A stretch of 64,000 nt of DNA from the human T2T-CHM13v2.0 reference genome, Homo sapiens, in assembly GCF_009914755.1 (NCBI RefSeq), contig NC_060925.1; one strand, given 5' to 3'. Position numbers and translations under genes: made by a program. Below are positions 1 to 57,063 of this stretch, piece after piece (position 1 is the stretch's first letter; each line of letters starts with the position of its first letter). The notes under the pieces were generated by a model. The model made no database searches. It was given only the letters and a program-made list of their open reading frames with translations, and was not told where the DNA came from.

Positions 1-963
1 CTGTCTCAAAAAAAAAAAAAAAAAAAAAAAAGCAACAACAACAACAAAAAACCATAACACTAGGAGAATATGACGGCAGCTGGTTCCACAGAACTTAGAA
101 CAGTGCCTGGTGTACAAACCGAATACTCAGTATATGTGAGGTGCCGTTATAATCACTATTACAGAGGTAAGACACAACAACAGCGCTATCATTTTGTGTG
201 AGAGCAGCACTTCAGACTTTTCACAGCGCTTGCCTGTTTATTATCTCAGGTGAGTTAAGACATCATGATTGAGAGTTAGGGGAATCCTAACTGTGGCAAG
301 CACAGCCTCGCTGTAGGAACAGTTAGAAAGAGGGTCAGCAGACTCACTTTCTTTCATGCCACCCCCCAAGCCCTGTGCAGCAGCTTACAGTTATGCAGAC
401 CAAGGCCAAGTTCCGAAACGAGACTCAAAAAAAAGCCTGGATGTGCACGAGTACTTGTGTTACAAGCTATCAACGGTGTATTTAAACATCCTTGTGCATT
501 TAAACTTCAAAAACTTGGGAGTGACACGTGAGACGTGCATACAGTAAAAGGCATAAACTTAAAAAAAAAACTGCAATTCATGAAGTGCTAATGTAATTCA
601 GTTGGCATTTCTAGAGTTCAAGAAGCATAATCCAAATTTCTAACTTGCTGAAAACAATCTCACTGCTTTGTGACTTCCTAAACTGCACTCGTGATCCAGC
701 CCCCAAGTTCCCTCAAAGAATACAGTGTGAGAATCAACATTTTTAACCCATTGAAGAGTGTGTCTAAAATACCTTGACACTGTGGAGGGACTTTTACAGG
801 CAACAGAGAAGTTGCAGATCAGATGACCCACTCTGCCTTCTCCTTCCTGCCCCCTCCGGCTGCTTTTTTCTGCCGGGTTAAAGGGCAGCCCAGCCTCAGG
901 GCTGACAGTTTGCTCCCCAGGCACCACCACTCCCGCCTCCCACCTTAACCTTGCATGAGTTTA

Positions 964-1290
<327 letters not shown>

Positions 1291-1488
1291 TCAAGCCGGA
1301 GGCGCTGTATTTCCACACAGGAAGAAGGCCAAAAAAGGTGACACTGCCCCCTCCCAGTGGCTCCATGCTCCTCAGCTATGGCTGTCCGGGCCGCCTCACT
1401 CAAAGCCTTGCCCTCCGCTGCTGCCAGGCTCCTTGCATGCAAGGCAGCCCCCACCCGGCACTGCAACATGCTCCTCGGTGACAGCTAC

Positions 1489-1598
1489 CTGATGGAAGGT
1501 GGCACAGAGGACCTCACGCTGCCGACCTGCGAGGCCCATATTCCTAGCGAGGGGCAGTAGTGCCCAGCTGGGAGGACCCTGGCTTTTCGATGGTCCAT
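1489..1598 (-). CDS. MTHFR: MTHFR alternative upstream coding exon (N-terminal extension of the long isoform)
   Basis: ATG at 1598, MDHRKARVLPAGHYCPSLGIWASQVGSVRSSVPPSI, donor AG|GTAG after 1489; splicing to 1213 stays in frame (SRNPA-M), a 41-aa extension matching the known long isoform. Confidence 0.85.
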
Positions 1599-2159
1599 CT
1601 CTGTCAGCTCAGGCCCAGAGTGCGTGGGGAGGGAACAGAGGCACCTTCCCCAGCGGGTGTGTTCAACTGGGCGGAGCTGCGACAAAGGAAGAGGCTTGAG
1701 CTCCAGCCAGCACAAGGGGGCGGGGGCAAGGCTTCCAGGCGAGGAGGGAGGGCTGAGGCTCTAGTAAGGGGAGGCGGATGGAAGGAGGGGGACTCAGGGG
1801 CAGAGACTGCAGGGGTTGGTGGAGATGAGGCCAACAGGCGTTCAGGGATACCAGATCACCCTCCAGAGAAGGAACAGCTCACTCTGGCTGGCTCTGCCTG
1901 GAACATCTGTTACTTGAAACAGTTCGTGCACAGGATGGAAGGGGTGAGGGCTTGACTATGCAGCCAGATTTCTCCTGAATTCATGCTACTCCAAAAAGAC
2001 CGTGTTGTGGGTTAGAACTTGATGCTGGCCATGTTCCAAAAATAGCCAGACCCAAGTTCAGTAAGGGCACGAATTTCTCAGAACAAAAGCTGCCCCATCT
2101 GTGCTTGCCTTGCAGGCTGCTCTTCTTACACATCACAGAATTCAATTCAAATCATCACA

Positions 2160-2612
<453 letters not shown>

Positions 2613-3971
2613 TCATCTGGCAGTCTGGTTAAGAAAATAAGACAAACACTTAAAAACAAACAAAACACTTGCACAGCAATGGGCAAACACACAGTAGTGA
2701 ATGGGTGTGTGGTGACATGGCACAACAGAGGAAAGCCCAGGTGAGGTTCATTTCTTTCAGACTGTCCACCACTAACCCTGTGTACCTAACCATTTGGGGT
2801 CTTAGACTCTTTTGACAATCTGATTAAATGCACTGCTCCCTTCCCCTGAAATACACACACAGGTGCACAGACTACACGGGGATACATCCAAAGACAAGGA
2901 GTTGATTCCAGACTAAGAACCCTGGGCCAAAGCTTTCTCCCTCTAGGGCTGCTCTCTTTCATTCTGACCTCAAACTCCAGATTCTCAGTGGGGATGGCTG
3001 TGGGGAGTGAGGAACGGGGGCGGGGGGGAGGAGTAACAGCAAGAGCAGCCAGTTGGCTTTCCTCCAGCGTTTAAGGGCGCACCTCGTTAATTGCTTGCTG
3101 GAACAGAACCTAGAGTAGGAGGAAGCTGAACCACCTGTAAACCCTCTGATTTTCAAAGACTTATTGCATTCCTAGTATATGCCACGCATGTGCCATATTT
3201 GTAAGCCAACTCCCACGATTTATCCGTTATCAGCTGGACTCCCATAGCACCCTGGGTTGTAACTGTGGGTGAAAAGGCCTGTCTCCTTTCTCTTTCCCCA
3301 GTTCCCTGAGACAGGACCGGTGTCCTGCCTGGGGTATCCCCAGAGTTTGGCACACGGTGATAGCCAACATTCACTGAGCGCCAAAGGGCCAGGTGCTGCC
3401 ACTCTCTCAAAATAAGCCTCTGCCACTTACTGAACAACTAGTCTGCGCCAAGCACTGGGATACTAAGCCTACGACTCCCAGAAAGGTCCCGGCGGACCCC
3501 CGTGCGCAGCGGGACGCAGTGGGCGCCAGGGACCGCAGTGCCCCGGGCCCAGCGCTCTTCTCCAGGTGATCGCCGGGGAGGCAGGTTTAAAAGGCAGGAG
3601 CCGGAAGCCGTCTCGGCGCCCAGGTGGCCGAGAATCCAGTCACCAGGTCACTGAGTCACCGATGGGGGCGAGGACACGGGCCTGGGCCGGTCAGAGGGGC
3701 GGGATCGTCACCCCTGGCTCAGGGGCCCCTCCGTCCAGGCAGGGAGCCAAAGTCAGTCTTCGCTTGAGGGTTGGCGGTCGCTGGAAGTGGTAGCCATTGG
3801 GAGTTACACTAATCCCGCGAAGGGTGCGCAAGGGAGGCGGCAGCCCCCCCCAAGAAGAGAGGCAGGCCGGCCTCCAGCGCTCCCCGCCCACAAGCACGTC
3901 CTTGCCCCCGGGAGGTTGTTTGCCGGCTCCAGGATCTCCCTCCCGGCGACCCCGGCCTCGCCGTCACTCAC

Positions 3972-4187
3972 CCTCCAGTCCCGGGTGACTCAGAACGCTC
4001 GGCCGCCGGCCGCACCACTGTGGCCGCTGCAGGGGCGGGGAACGCAGTGAAGGGGCGCGGCGCAGGTGTCAGGTTGCTGGAGAGGCGGGCCTACAGGGCG
4101 GAAACCACCGGCGCGGGTGACCGGAAGCCCCGCCCCCAACATGGCCGTGCCCACAGGTCTCGTTGGAGGCCGTGCCTTTATCGTCAT
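3972..4187 (-). other. MTHFR: MTHFR non-coding exon 1 (5'UTR of main transcript); 5' end approximate
   Basis: Donor GG|GTGAGT after 3972; GC-rich sequence recalled as the MTHFR mRNA leader that joins to TAGGAACCCAGCC-ATG. Confidence 0.8.
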
Positions 4188-4346
4188 GTGACGCGAGTCC
4201 TCGCCCCACCCGTCTGCAGCCACTCCTGGTCTCAGTCCCAGAGCTCGAGAGGGCCACGTGACCGTCCCGGGGCCAGTCACGTGAGGCGCAGATCCTGGCT
4301 GGGAGGGGGTTGGTAGAGGGGTCCAGAGTGGCAGTAAAGGAGGAAG

Positions 4347-38304
<33,958 letters not shown>

Positions 38305-41122
38305 CAGCCCAGCCCACCCTCTCCTGGTGCTGCCTGGGGAGGCAAATCATGCTCACTCCGGCGGGCACAGCTGGCTGGGGCTGTTCCGGGGCATGGAAGA
38401 TTCCCAGTCACCCACTCACTCAGAAAGCCGGGAGTCATCGGACACCTTGCTGGTCAGAGGTCCTGGGGGTGGTTTTGAACCATCAGAGCTTGGACTTTTC
38501 TGACTTCCCCAGCAAGGATCTTCCCACTTCCTGCTCCCTGTGTTCCCACCCTCCAGTGTTGGCACAGGCCCACCCCTGGCTCCACCAGAGCCAGAAGCAG
38601 AGGTAGAATCAGGCGGGCCCCGGGCTGCACTCCGAGCAGTGTTCCTGGCCATCTTTGCTACTTTCCTAGAGAACCCGGCTGTTGCCTTAAATGTGTGAGA
38701 GGGACTTGGCCAAGGCAAAAGCTGGGGAGATGCCAGTGACAACATACAGTTCATGACTAGGTTTAGGAATTGGGCACTGAGAAAATTCTCAATATTTCAG
38801 AGAGTCCTTCCCTTATTTGGGACTCTTAACACGGTATCCTCGCTAGTTGGTTTTAAGGGAAGCACTCTGCTCCTGGGTGTGAGCAGAGGCTCTGGTCTTG
38901 CCCTGTGGTTTGACTCTCCTTAGAACCACCGCCCACCAGAAACATAAAGGATTAAAATCACACTAATAACCCCTGGATGGTCAATCTGATAATAGGATCA
39001 GATTTACGTCTACCCTAATTCTTAACATTGCAGCTTTCTCTCCATCTGCAGATTATTCCCAGTCTCCCAGTAACACGTTTCTACCCAGATCCTTTTTCAT
39101 TTCCTTAAGTTTTGATCTCCGTCTTCCTGATGAAGCAGGCAGAGCTCAGAGGATCTTGGCATCACCCACCAAAGTTAGCTGAAAGCAGGGCACTCCTGGA
39201 TAAAGCAGCTTCACTCAACTCTGGGGAATGCTACCATTTTTTTTCCAAAGTAGAAAGGAAGCACTTCTGAGCCAGTGACCACTGAAAGGTATGTGCTATG
39301 ATAAAGCAGATGGCCTATTTGAGGAAGAGGGTGTCTGCCCTTCACAAACACCTCTCTCTCCCCTGCACTAGCTGTCCCAAGCTTACATACAGAGGCCCTT
39401 CAGGAGGGCCTCCTGTGCCGCAGGGAGGGTGCGTGGGGAAGATGCTTCCTGCCAGCACGTGCCTGAAGGTTTCACATGAAGCATGGGAAGCGCACCCTGT
39501 CGTTCAGTGACGTCATTCTTCTCCAGGCTGGCCCGCCCCCTCTGACTAGGCACCCAAAGTGAGCATCTGGGCATTGGGCATTCATGCTTATCTTCCCCCA
39601 CCTTCTACATGGTATTAGTCCCAGCAGGCATCCCTGGGGCAGACGTGCTTTGGCTCAAGATGGCCTTCATTTACGTTTAGTTTTTTTTAAAACCGTGGAG
39701 GTTGCCCACGGGCCTCGGCACCTGGCCCTGGCAGCACAGCTCTCAGGCCCAGCCCTGGGCGACCTCCTTGGCCAAGTCTGCCTTTCACCCTGGGGTGAGC
39801 ATCAGTCCTGGCTCTGCTGGTCCAGATCTTGCGCTCAGCACACTCTAGGGAATAATTCCACTCCAGAGATGGGGCTGCTTCAAGGTCTTTTCTAGCTGAT
39901 TGTGGCCCCTCCATTTTCCCCATTTTCTTATCTCCCTGACCAAAATTGCTTTGACTTCTAAATGTTTCTGCTTCCCAGAATGCACCTGACTTATGAAATG
40001 GGGATAATACTCCCAGGAAATAGCGCAGGACATCACAAGGACCAAAAAGGCAATTCTTATTTAAATGTTACTATTTGGCCAGCTGCTGCTGTGTTTTATG
40101 GCAGTGTTCAGAGCTTGATCACGTTATTTCTTCCTTTTATTAAGAAGGAAGCCAATTGTCCAAGTCAGGAGAATGGTGTGATCACCTGTCACAGACACTT
40201 TGTCCCCTCTCCCCGCCCCTTCCTGGAGCTGGCAGAGCTAACGCCCTGCAGGAGGACCCCGGCCTCTCGAGGGCTGGATCAGCAGCCGCCTGCCCTGAGG
40301 CTGCCCCGGTGAATGTTATTGGAATTCATCCCTCGTGCACATCCTGTTGTGTTTAAGTCACCAGATATTTTGTTCCCATCAGTTTAGCCCAGAGATAGAC
40401 AGTAGAATGCAAATACCTCCCTCCCCTAAACTGACTGGACGGCTGCCAAGGAGGCCCCAAACCCAGGCCCCATGCAAAGGCACGTGGTTTCCTTTTCTCC
40501 TCTCTCTGCATCTGCGCTTTCCAGATAAGCCCAAAGACAGCAACTTCTCCACTCATGACAAATCAACTGTGACCCTCGCTCCTTCCATTTCTGTCCATTA
40601 GAAACCAGCCTTTTCAGCATCTCACCCATTAGCAGCCCCATCACCCAGTGATCAGTCGCCTCAGTAAAGCAGATCTGTGGATGGGGAGCCTACGGGTGGT
40701 AAGAAGTGGTGTTTTGTGTTTCATCTCCAGCTTGGTGTTCCATGGCCCCTAGGCGAGGTGATCAGGGAGTGGGGCCAATGGGCCCCCGGCCCTGGCTTTG
40801 GGACCTTGTGCTGAGGGATGATTTGCTCCTGACCTTGATTAACTTAACAGTTCCCAGCTGGAAGGGACACTTTCAGGACCCAGTCCACTGTATGGCATTT
40901 GTGATGCAGAATTATGCACTGACATGACCCTGGGTGACAGGAAAGCCTTTCGAGAGGCCCAAGGTGGCCTCGCCAGCCCTGCAGTATTGATGTGCAGTAT
41001 TGCACCACAGCTCTGCGGACCTTGGCCATTGCCGCAGTCGCAGCTTCCTTTTTTCTGTTTGCACTGTTTGTTTGTATGATGTTAGCTAATTCCACTGTGT
41101 ATATAAATTGTATTTTTTTTAA

Positions 41123-41548
<426 letters not shown>

Positions 41549-43078
41549 CTGCTGCTCTTTCTTTCAAGGGATACTTGCTTTTTATTTTACTCCCCCTCTT
41601 TCTGATGTGTGGAAATTACACTAGGACGTAGTTTTAGAGTCTCAGAGCTCTCCCTATGCAGCTGGGCAGTGGGGCTCTTCATTCTTGCGGGTCCACTTCT
41701 CTGTATTAGACAGTGACCTTAATAAGAACAGATTTCATCCTGTGGATCTTAGCAGAGGTCACCGTTGTCTGTTTCTCCCTTCAGATGAACACTCTTCCTG
41801 ATCCTCTCCTCTAGAATTCATCTCCTCCTGCTAGCAGCCGCGTCCTGGAGGAGCAGCGGATGGGGAATCCATTCTGTTTCTTCCTGGTGTTTAGGAAGTT
41901 GCCCCACACACAGATTGCCCCGATGTCCAACCAGAAGAAGTGAAACTGCTGCTGGGTCTGGAGAGGTGAAGACCCGTGGCCAGCTTCTGTTGTTGCCATC
42001 GGCCATTGCTTTTTGTTCGCTTGCTTTTGGTTTTGCAAGAAGAGCGGCCTCTGTCTCTGATCTGCTTCAAATCATCATTCCATCAGTGACAGAAGTGGCT
42101 GTTCCATCAGTGGTCGCAGCCAGTTCAGCTCCTGCATCCATCCCCAAGTGTTCTGTAAGTCCCAGGGGCATTTTCTGCCTTGTGTTTTTGTCATTTTTCA
42201 ATCAGTTTCATTCAATGAGAACTCCCTGTGTTACCTGTGTTACGGTGACACCTTGAGAATGGGCTACTTCCCCTCCTAGCAACCCGCAACACCATCCCAG
42301 ACCTCAGGAGCCAGGTTTGGGCCAGTGCTGTCTCCTGTCGCTCTTACTTTCATCCTTGTCATTCTCTACCCCCTGGTTTTCCTGGTATTTAAAGTCCAGG
42401 TAGAGAAGATTTTGACTGGAGGTGGTTAGGTGAGGCTCTCCCCCCACCTCAACCCCCTGCCATTAGTTCACTGGGAGCCTCCCCCTTTCCTCCGCAAGGA
42501 GCAAGTTACTACTTCATTTCCTCTTTTCCCAATTTCTGGACAAGACCAAGGCAATTTGACCAACATTTATGGGGCATCAACTCTGAGAGTGCTGAAGGGG
42601 CATTTGCCCTCAAAGAGCTTGCAGTCTAGGGACGTAGACACAAGCAATTGCACATAGGCAACTCGTGTTGTGTGCTATTATAACAGTTACATGTGCAACA
42701 CTGCCTACGAAGGGACTCATTGTTACTAGGCATGAGGTACCAGGAAAGAAGTAGTGTTCATATGAGCCTTAAGAAATCAGTACAATGTCCTCGGGAGGAC
42801 CAGAGGAAGGACACCCCAGGTGGAAGGAACAGCAGAAATAAAGGCACAGTGGCATGTGTGGGTGTGGGGTGTTGGAGTGTCATAGAATCTGATGAGGTTG
42901 GGATCCATGGGGGTAACAGGTGGGAAAACAGTTTACTCTGTTTAAGGTGAACTTATTGCCTGGTGTTTTGTGCTCAGAGCAAATACCCTCTTCAGGAGCA
43001 GATACAAAAAGCCGGCATCTTCTCCAGCAGCTCTTATCTTAGTAAAATACAAGCCCAGGCCCTTCAGACCCGGATTAG

Positions 43079-43294
<216 letters not shown>

Positions 43295-43297
43295 TGA

Positions 43298-43531
<234 letters not shown>

Positions 43532-43798
43532 TAGCTGTAGAACCTAACTCTCTCGAAATGTACCAGAGAAAATCTAATTAATACTCTCATTTTCTGAATG
43601 TTCCCCCCTAAAAACAACAAAAACCCCACTAGGAGTGGAATTTGAGGCCTCCCCAACCACCTACCAAAAAAGGAGGGTGAAATGAAAGGAAGAAGAAAAA
43701 CTCAGCATTCTTTCCTCTGACAAAGAGTAAAACGACAAGGAATATCGGCCTGAATTCTCTTCCCAAGAAGAAAGAAAGCACACCAACGCAGGCATTTG

Positions 43799-43819
43799 TC
43801 TTCTGTCCATGGTGCTGAA
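43799..43819 (-). promoter_or_regulatory. RE1/NRSE (REST site) at NPPA 3' end
   Basis: Minus strand TTCAGCACCATGGACAGAAGA versus consensus TTCAGCACCACGGACAGCGCC. Confidence 0.9.
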
Positions 43820-43820
43820 G

Positions 43821-43826
43821 TTTATT
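43821..43826 (-). terminator. NPPA: NPPA polyadenylation signal
   Basis: AATAAA on minus strand ~270 nt after the stop codon. Confidence 0.88.
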
Positions 43827-44094
43827 CACTTTCAAACCACTTTCAGTAACAGGTGAGGTTCTACCTTAAAATTTAATGCATGGGGTGGGAGAGGCGAGGA
43901 AGTCACCATCAAACCACTTTATCTACAGTTAGCATAAGATGTGAGAAGTGTTGACAGGAAGCTGCAGCTTAGATGGGATGATCACAACTCCATGGCAACA
44001 AGATGACACAAATGCAGCAGAGACCCCAGGGGACAGGAGCCTCTTGCAGTCTGTCCCTAGGCCCAGCCCTGCTTGTCCTCCCTGGCTGTTATCT

Positions 44095-45769
<1,675 letters not shown>

Positions 45770-45889
45770 GCTGGCGTCGTCAAGGAGCAATCCACTGCTT
45801 GCTGCTCTGTCTCTCCCCTCTGGTTCCTCTCTGGTTCCCCTCTCTTGGCCTACGTCTGTCCCTGTCTCCCAGCTGCCCAGTGCCGCCTC

Positions 45890-46370
45890 TTTTTATAGCC
45901 CCCCAGCTCTCCAAGCACGCAGGAGAGACAGAACCCTCCCCATTCTGTCACTTGCAGTGATAAAGCTGCCAAGTGAGAAGCCAGCAGGAGATGCCCTTTT
46001 AAAGTTATCATCCCGCAGGGCTTGTCACAGCCCCTCTCTGCCTTGGGCAGCCCCAACAGCCCCCCAGACCCTCAGCTGCAAGAGCCGCATTCTTACTGAT
46101 TTGACTCAAGAGGCTCCCACTTCAAAGGTGTGAGAAGAGTAAAAAAGAGTCCTTGGTTATCTCACCGCCGTGCCTCAGGATTCTTTCTCCTCGACGCTGG
46201 TACCCGTGCGGGGAAACAGAGGGTGACGCTTGGCTGGTGCCCAGCTCCCCTGGTTTGTTTGTGGCTCAGCTGTCAGGGCCTCCAAATAAGGGTGGAGAGG
46301 AGGAAATGGCAGGCAGCCAGCAGCCCGAGACAAATGGATCCAGATGCTCAAGCTGGCCTCACACCTGCCT
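45890..46370 (-). promoter_or_regulatory. NPPA cardiac promoter
   Basis: TATAAAAA 45890-45897; NKE-like CAAGTG 45949-45954 and 45970-45975; GATA 45959 and 46005; SRE-like 45995-46004; composite NKX2-5 (46118-46124) + T-box AGGTGTGA (46126-46133); GATA 46157-46162; perfect CArG CCAAATAAGG 46282-46291; T-box TCACACCT 46359-46366. Confidence 0.9.
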
Positions 46371-46967
46371 CATCCGCCACGTGGGCAGACCTCTGGCCTC
46401 AGACAGGGCTGCCTTCACCCCTGGCAGTCCCTCTCCATGGTCAGGCGAAAGGAAGTTATTTTTTAGTATATAAAGTCAGCTGAGAACCAAATGTGATGAA
46501 GCTCCCAGGAATCCAACCCCCAAATAGAAATAGCAAGAAAAGGCGGGGGAGCACAAGCATCCTCTCTCCAAAGCTCCTCCTCTTCCATGTCCCCCGCGAC
46601 CCTCCTCCAGCATGCTGCGGGGACAGGCTTAGAGGACGCAGCCAATTTCATTTCTTCCGTTGCTGTTTATAGATGCTCAGACTCTTCGTGTCTGAAGTTT
46701 GTTAACATCCCCCTGCCCTTCCTGGGCTTGTGCCCGTGGCAACTTGACCGATGGAGGAAGGGAGGTGGGGGTGAAGGAGGTATAGTCAGTTTCCCTCAAT
46801 GCCTTCTACATCCTTCCCTGAGGACGTGGCAAGTGGCAAGTGACCGAGCCACCAAGGTCACAATTTCCCTGGCCCCCAAAAGGGAAATAACAGGCAGCAA
46901 GTCTGTCTATGTTTAATGAATGGCCTGTTTGCTAAGCACTGAACTCAGTGTTAGCCATTACCATTCA

Positions 46968-54473
<7,506 letters not shown>

Positions 54474-55578
54474 TAATTGATGTCATTAGATATCCATAAA
54501 TCCTCAGATGCACACTGGGTGAAAATGATAAATAACACAAAGTTCCACCCTCTAGGTCACTCTCATTCAAAGAAACATCTGATGAGAACATCAGAAAAGA
54601 CTTGAGAGTGAAGTTCAAGGGCAGGAGTGTGGGGCTCAAGAGTCAGAGAGCACAGGCTCAAGAGTCACCTGGATCTCCGCTCAGTTCCCACACCAGCGCT
54701 TAGTCGCTGTGTGCTCTTGGATAGGACGCTTGGTTTTCCAGGGTCTCAGTTTTCCCGGGTCTCAGTTTTCCCATTTGGAAAATGGACATAATAATAGTGG
54801 ACCTCATGGTGCCTTACCCCTCAGCTGAGCTGGAATTATAAATGGCATTGTGAGAAAGCGAATGACATGAGGCCCTTCCCAGGAATCTGAAAGGAGAGGA
54901 ACTCAGCACTGCGGAGGCCTGGATTGCAGGGTGTGTGGGAAGGGGACCCATAGGAGAGACAGCCTCCCCACTGGTTAAGGCAAAGAGAAGAGATGATGCA
55001 GCCCCAGGGGAGGGGCACCCTGGAAAGCTGGGCTGATTGCCAGACCCCTCTCACTTTGTGGGTTGGAGTTTTGAAGGCTCCTTTGCAGGATGACCCCAGG
55101 AATTGGAGTTTCAAAGCTGATATTTGGGGCAGGATGGAGGGCTCACCCCGGTATGGGAATGTAGATGAGCCACACCCACACACACTGCCCCCAGTCGTTG
55201 ACATTTTAGCTGAGACCTGAAAGCAATAATCCCCAGGGAGAGTGCTTTAATGGTGGAATTCCAGGCAGAGCAAGGACGAGTGGAGAAAACGGCTGGATAC
55301 GTGCCCTCAGGTTGCACACGTATCCTGCCCTGCTTTGAAAAGCAGTTTCTCCCAAGTGCCTCAAGTGCTTGAGATATTCAATAACATTTCAGAGCATTAA
55401 AAACTCTGAAAGAAAAGAAAGCCTGCTACCTCTGAGGCCACATCCTCATCCCACCATGAAGATGCCTTGAGATCACAGGGCTTTGTGGTTTTAGTTGGGT
55501 TGGTTTCTTTGAAATGAGGGATTATTTTTAATGCGCCAAGACAAATCAGTTTCAAAAGATAAAGCTTATAATGTTGAC

Positions 55579-55584
55579 TTTATT
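55579..55584 (-). terminator. NPPB: NPPB polyadenylation signal
   Basis: AATAAA on minus strand ~170 nt after the stop codon. Confidence 0.88.
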
Positions 55585-55624
55585 TCACCGTGGAAATTTT
55601 GTGCTCAAAGGTAAGAAACCATCT

Positions 55625-55667
55625 TATATAAAACAATCAAATAAATACATAAATACATTAAAAAAAT
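55625..55667 (-). promoter_or_regulatory. NPPB 3'UTR AU-rich element
   Basis: Minus strand TTTTTTTAATGTATTTATGTATTTATTTGATTGTTTTATATA, with ATTTA pentamers. Confidence 0.8.
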
Positions 55668-55750
55668 GAGTCACTTCAAAGGCGGCCACAGGGTTGAGGA
55701 AAAAGCCCCTTGTGGAATCAGAAGCAGGTGTCTGCAGCCAGGACTTCCTC

Positions 55751-56929
55751 TTAATGCCGCCTCAGCACTGTCAGGGAAAGAGAGAGGGTGATGATGGTTA
55801 GGGTGGGAGATGGAGGCAGGGGCTGAGCTTACCTCATCGTGTGCCACCCACCACCCTGTTAGTCATCAGACGTTTGAGGCTTAATGCAACTCTCTGAGCC
55901 TCAGTTTCCTCATCTGTAAATTGGGGATTATCATTGCTCTGGTGATCCTGCTCTCTGCCTTTGAGACTATAGACAGTTTAGAGGAAACCAGGAGGAAATG
56001 TTTGGTTCTCTTTCTGCACCACTGGGGGGCTGCCAAATGATAAACAGACCCCCAAAGGAGATTCTGCCCCTTTGATAAGAAGTAGGAGGTGGGGAGAAGG
56101 TATTGTGGGCATGGTAATGAAATAAGCCCACATTTACTAATTCCACAAAGGCACCCCTTGGCCCTGAAGGCTGTTAACAAGAGGAAGCGATGTCCAGGTG
56201 ACCTTTTCTCAAAGAGTGTGGTTCCCAGAGACAACAAACCCCAAAGTGACTCTAACAGTGTCACACACTGGAATGGGGGAAGGCGGCCGGGGTGGCAGGG
56301 GGTGCTTACCTTTGCAGCCCAGGCCACTGGAGGAGCTGATCCGGTCCATCTTCCTCCCAAAGCAGCCAGACCCTTGCACCATCTTGGGGCTTCGTGGTGC
56401 CCGCAGGGTGTAGAGGACCATTTTGCGGTGCCCACGGATGCCCTCGGTGGCTACCTCCCGGGACTTCCAGACACCTGTGGGACGGGGGCTCTCCTGGAGG
56501 GGCTCCAGGGATGTCTGCTCCACCTGCAGCTCCGACAGTTTGCCCTGCAAATGGTTGCGCTGCTCCTGCAATGAATGGGGGCGTCCAAGCCTCAGGGACC
56601 CACCCCTGGGCTCACCAGCCCTTCATGGCACCCAAGTGAACCGACTGCCTTGGGTACAGGGTCAGGGCACCCAGTCTCTCCATTTTCTGATTCCTTTATC
56701 ACTAATTCCAAAGGAAAGATGAGGGCCTCTTGGGACAGCAGGTGAGGACCCTTTCATTGCTGCTGTCCAATCCCCCTGAGCTGCCCTCCGCTCTCACCTG
56801 TAACCCGGACGTTTCCAAGTCCGAGGCTGAACCGGGGCTGCCCAGCGGGTGGGAACGACCTCCCAGGAAAGCCAGATGCAAGAAGAGCAGGAGCAGGAGC
56901 GCCCGGGAAGGTGCTGTCTGGGGATCCAT
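55751..56929 (-). CDS. NPPB: NPPB prepro-B-type natriuretic peptide, 134 aa; coding exons 56798-56929, 56310-56565, 55751-55767
   Basis: [26 protein letters not shown]...[27 protein letters not shown]|VLRRH*; 132+256+17 nt. Confidence 0.98.
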
Positions 56930-56951
56930 GTCTCTGGAGGGACTGCGGAGG

Positions 56952-56987
56952 CTGCTGCTGCTGCTTCTGCTGCTGCTGCTGCTGCTG
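56952..56987 (-). repeat. (CAG)7 AAG (CAG)4 in NPPB 5'UTR
   Basis: Read directly from the sequence. Confidence 0.92.
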
Positions 56988-57063
56988 CGATGCGTCCGGG
57001 TTTGCTTCCCACCTGCCCTCAGCCTGCGGGGTGCTCCTCCTGGCTCCTCGGGACACCGTGGCC

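Noticed and set aside
38951-38956. ATTAAA as a proximal CLCN6 poly(A) signal
   Set aside because: No clear GU/U-rich downstream element; cannot be supported without 3'-end data
56754-57056. PolyQ-containing ORF over the NPPB 5'UTR
   Set aside because: GTG start lies between the TATA-like box and the expected TSS; out of frame with NPPB
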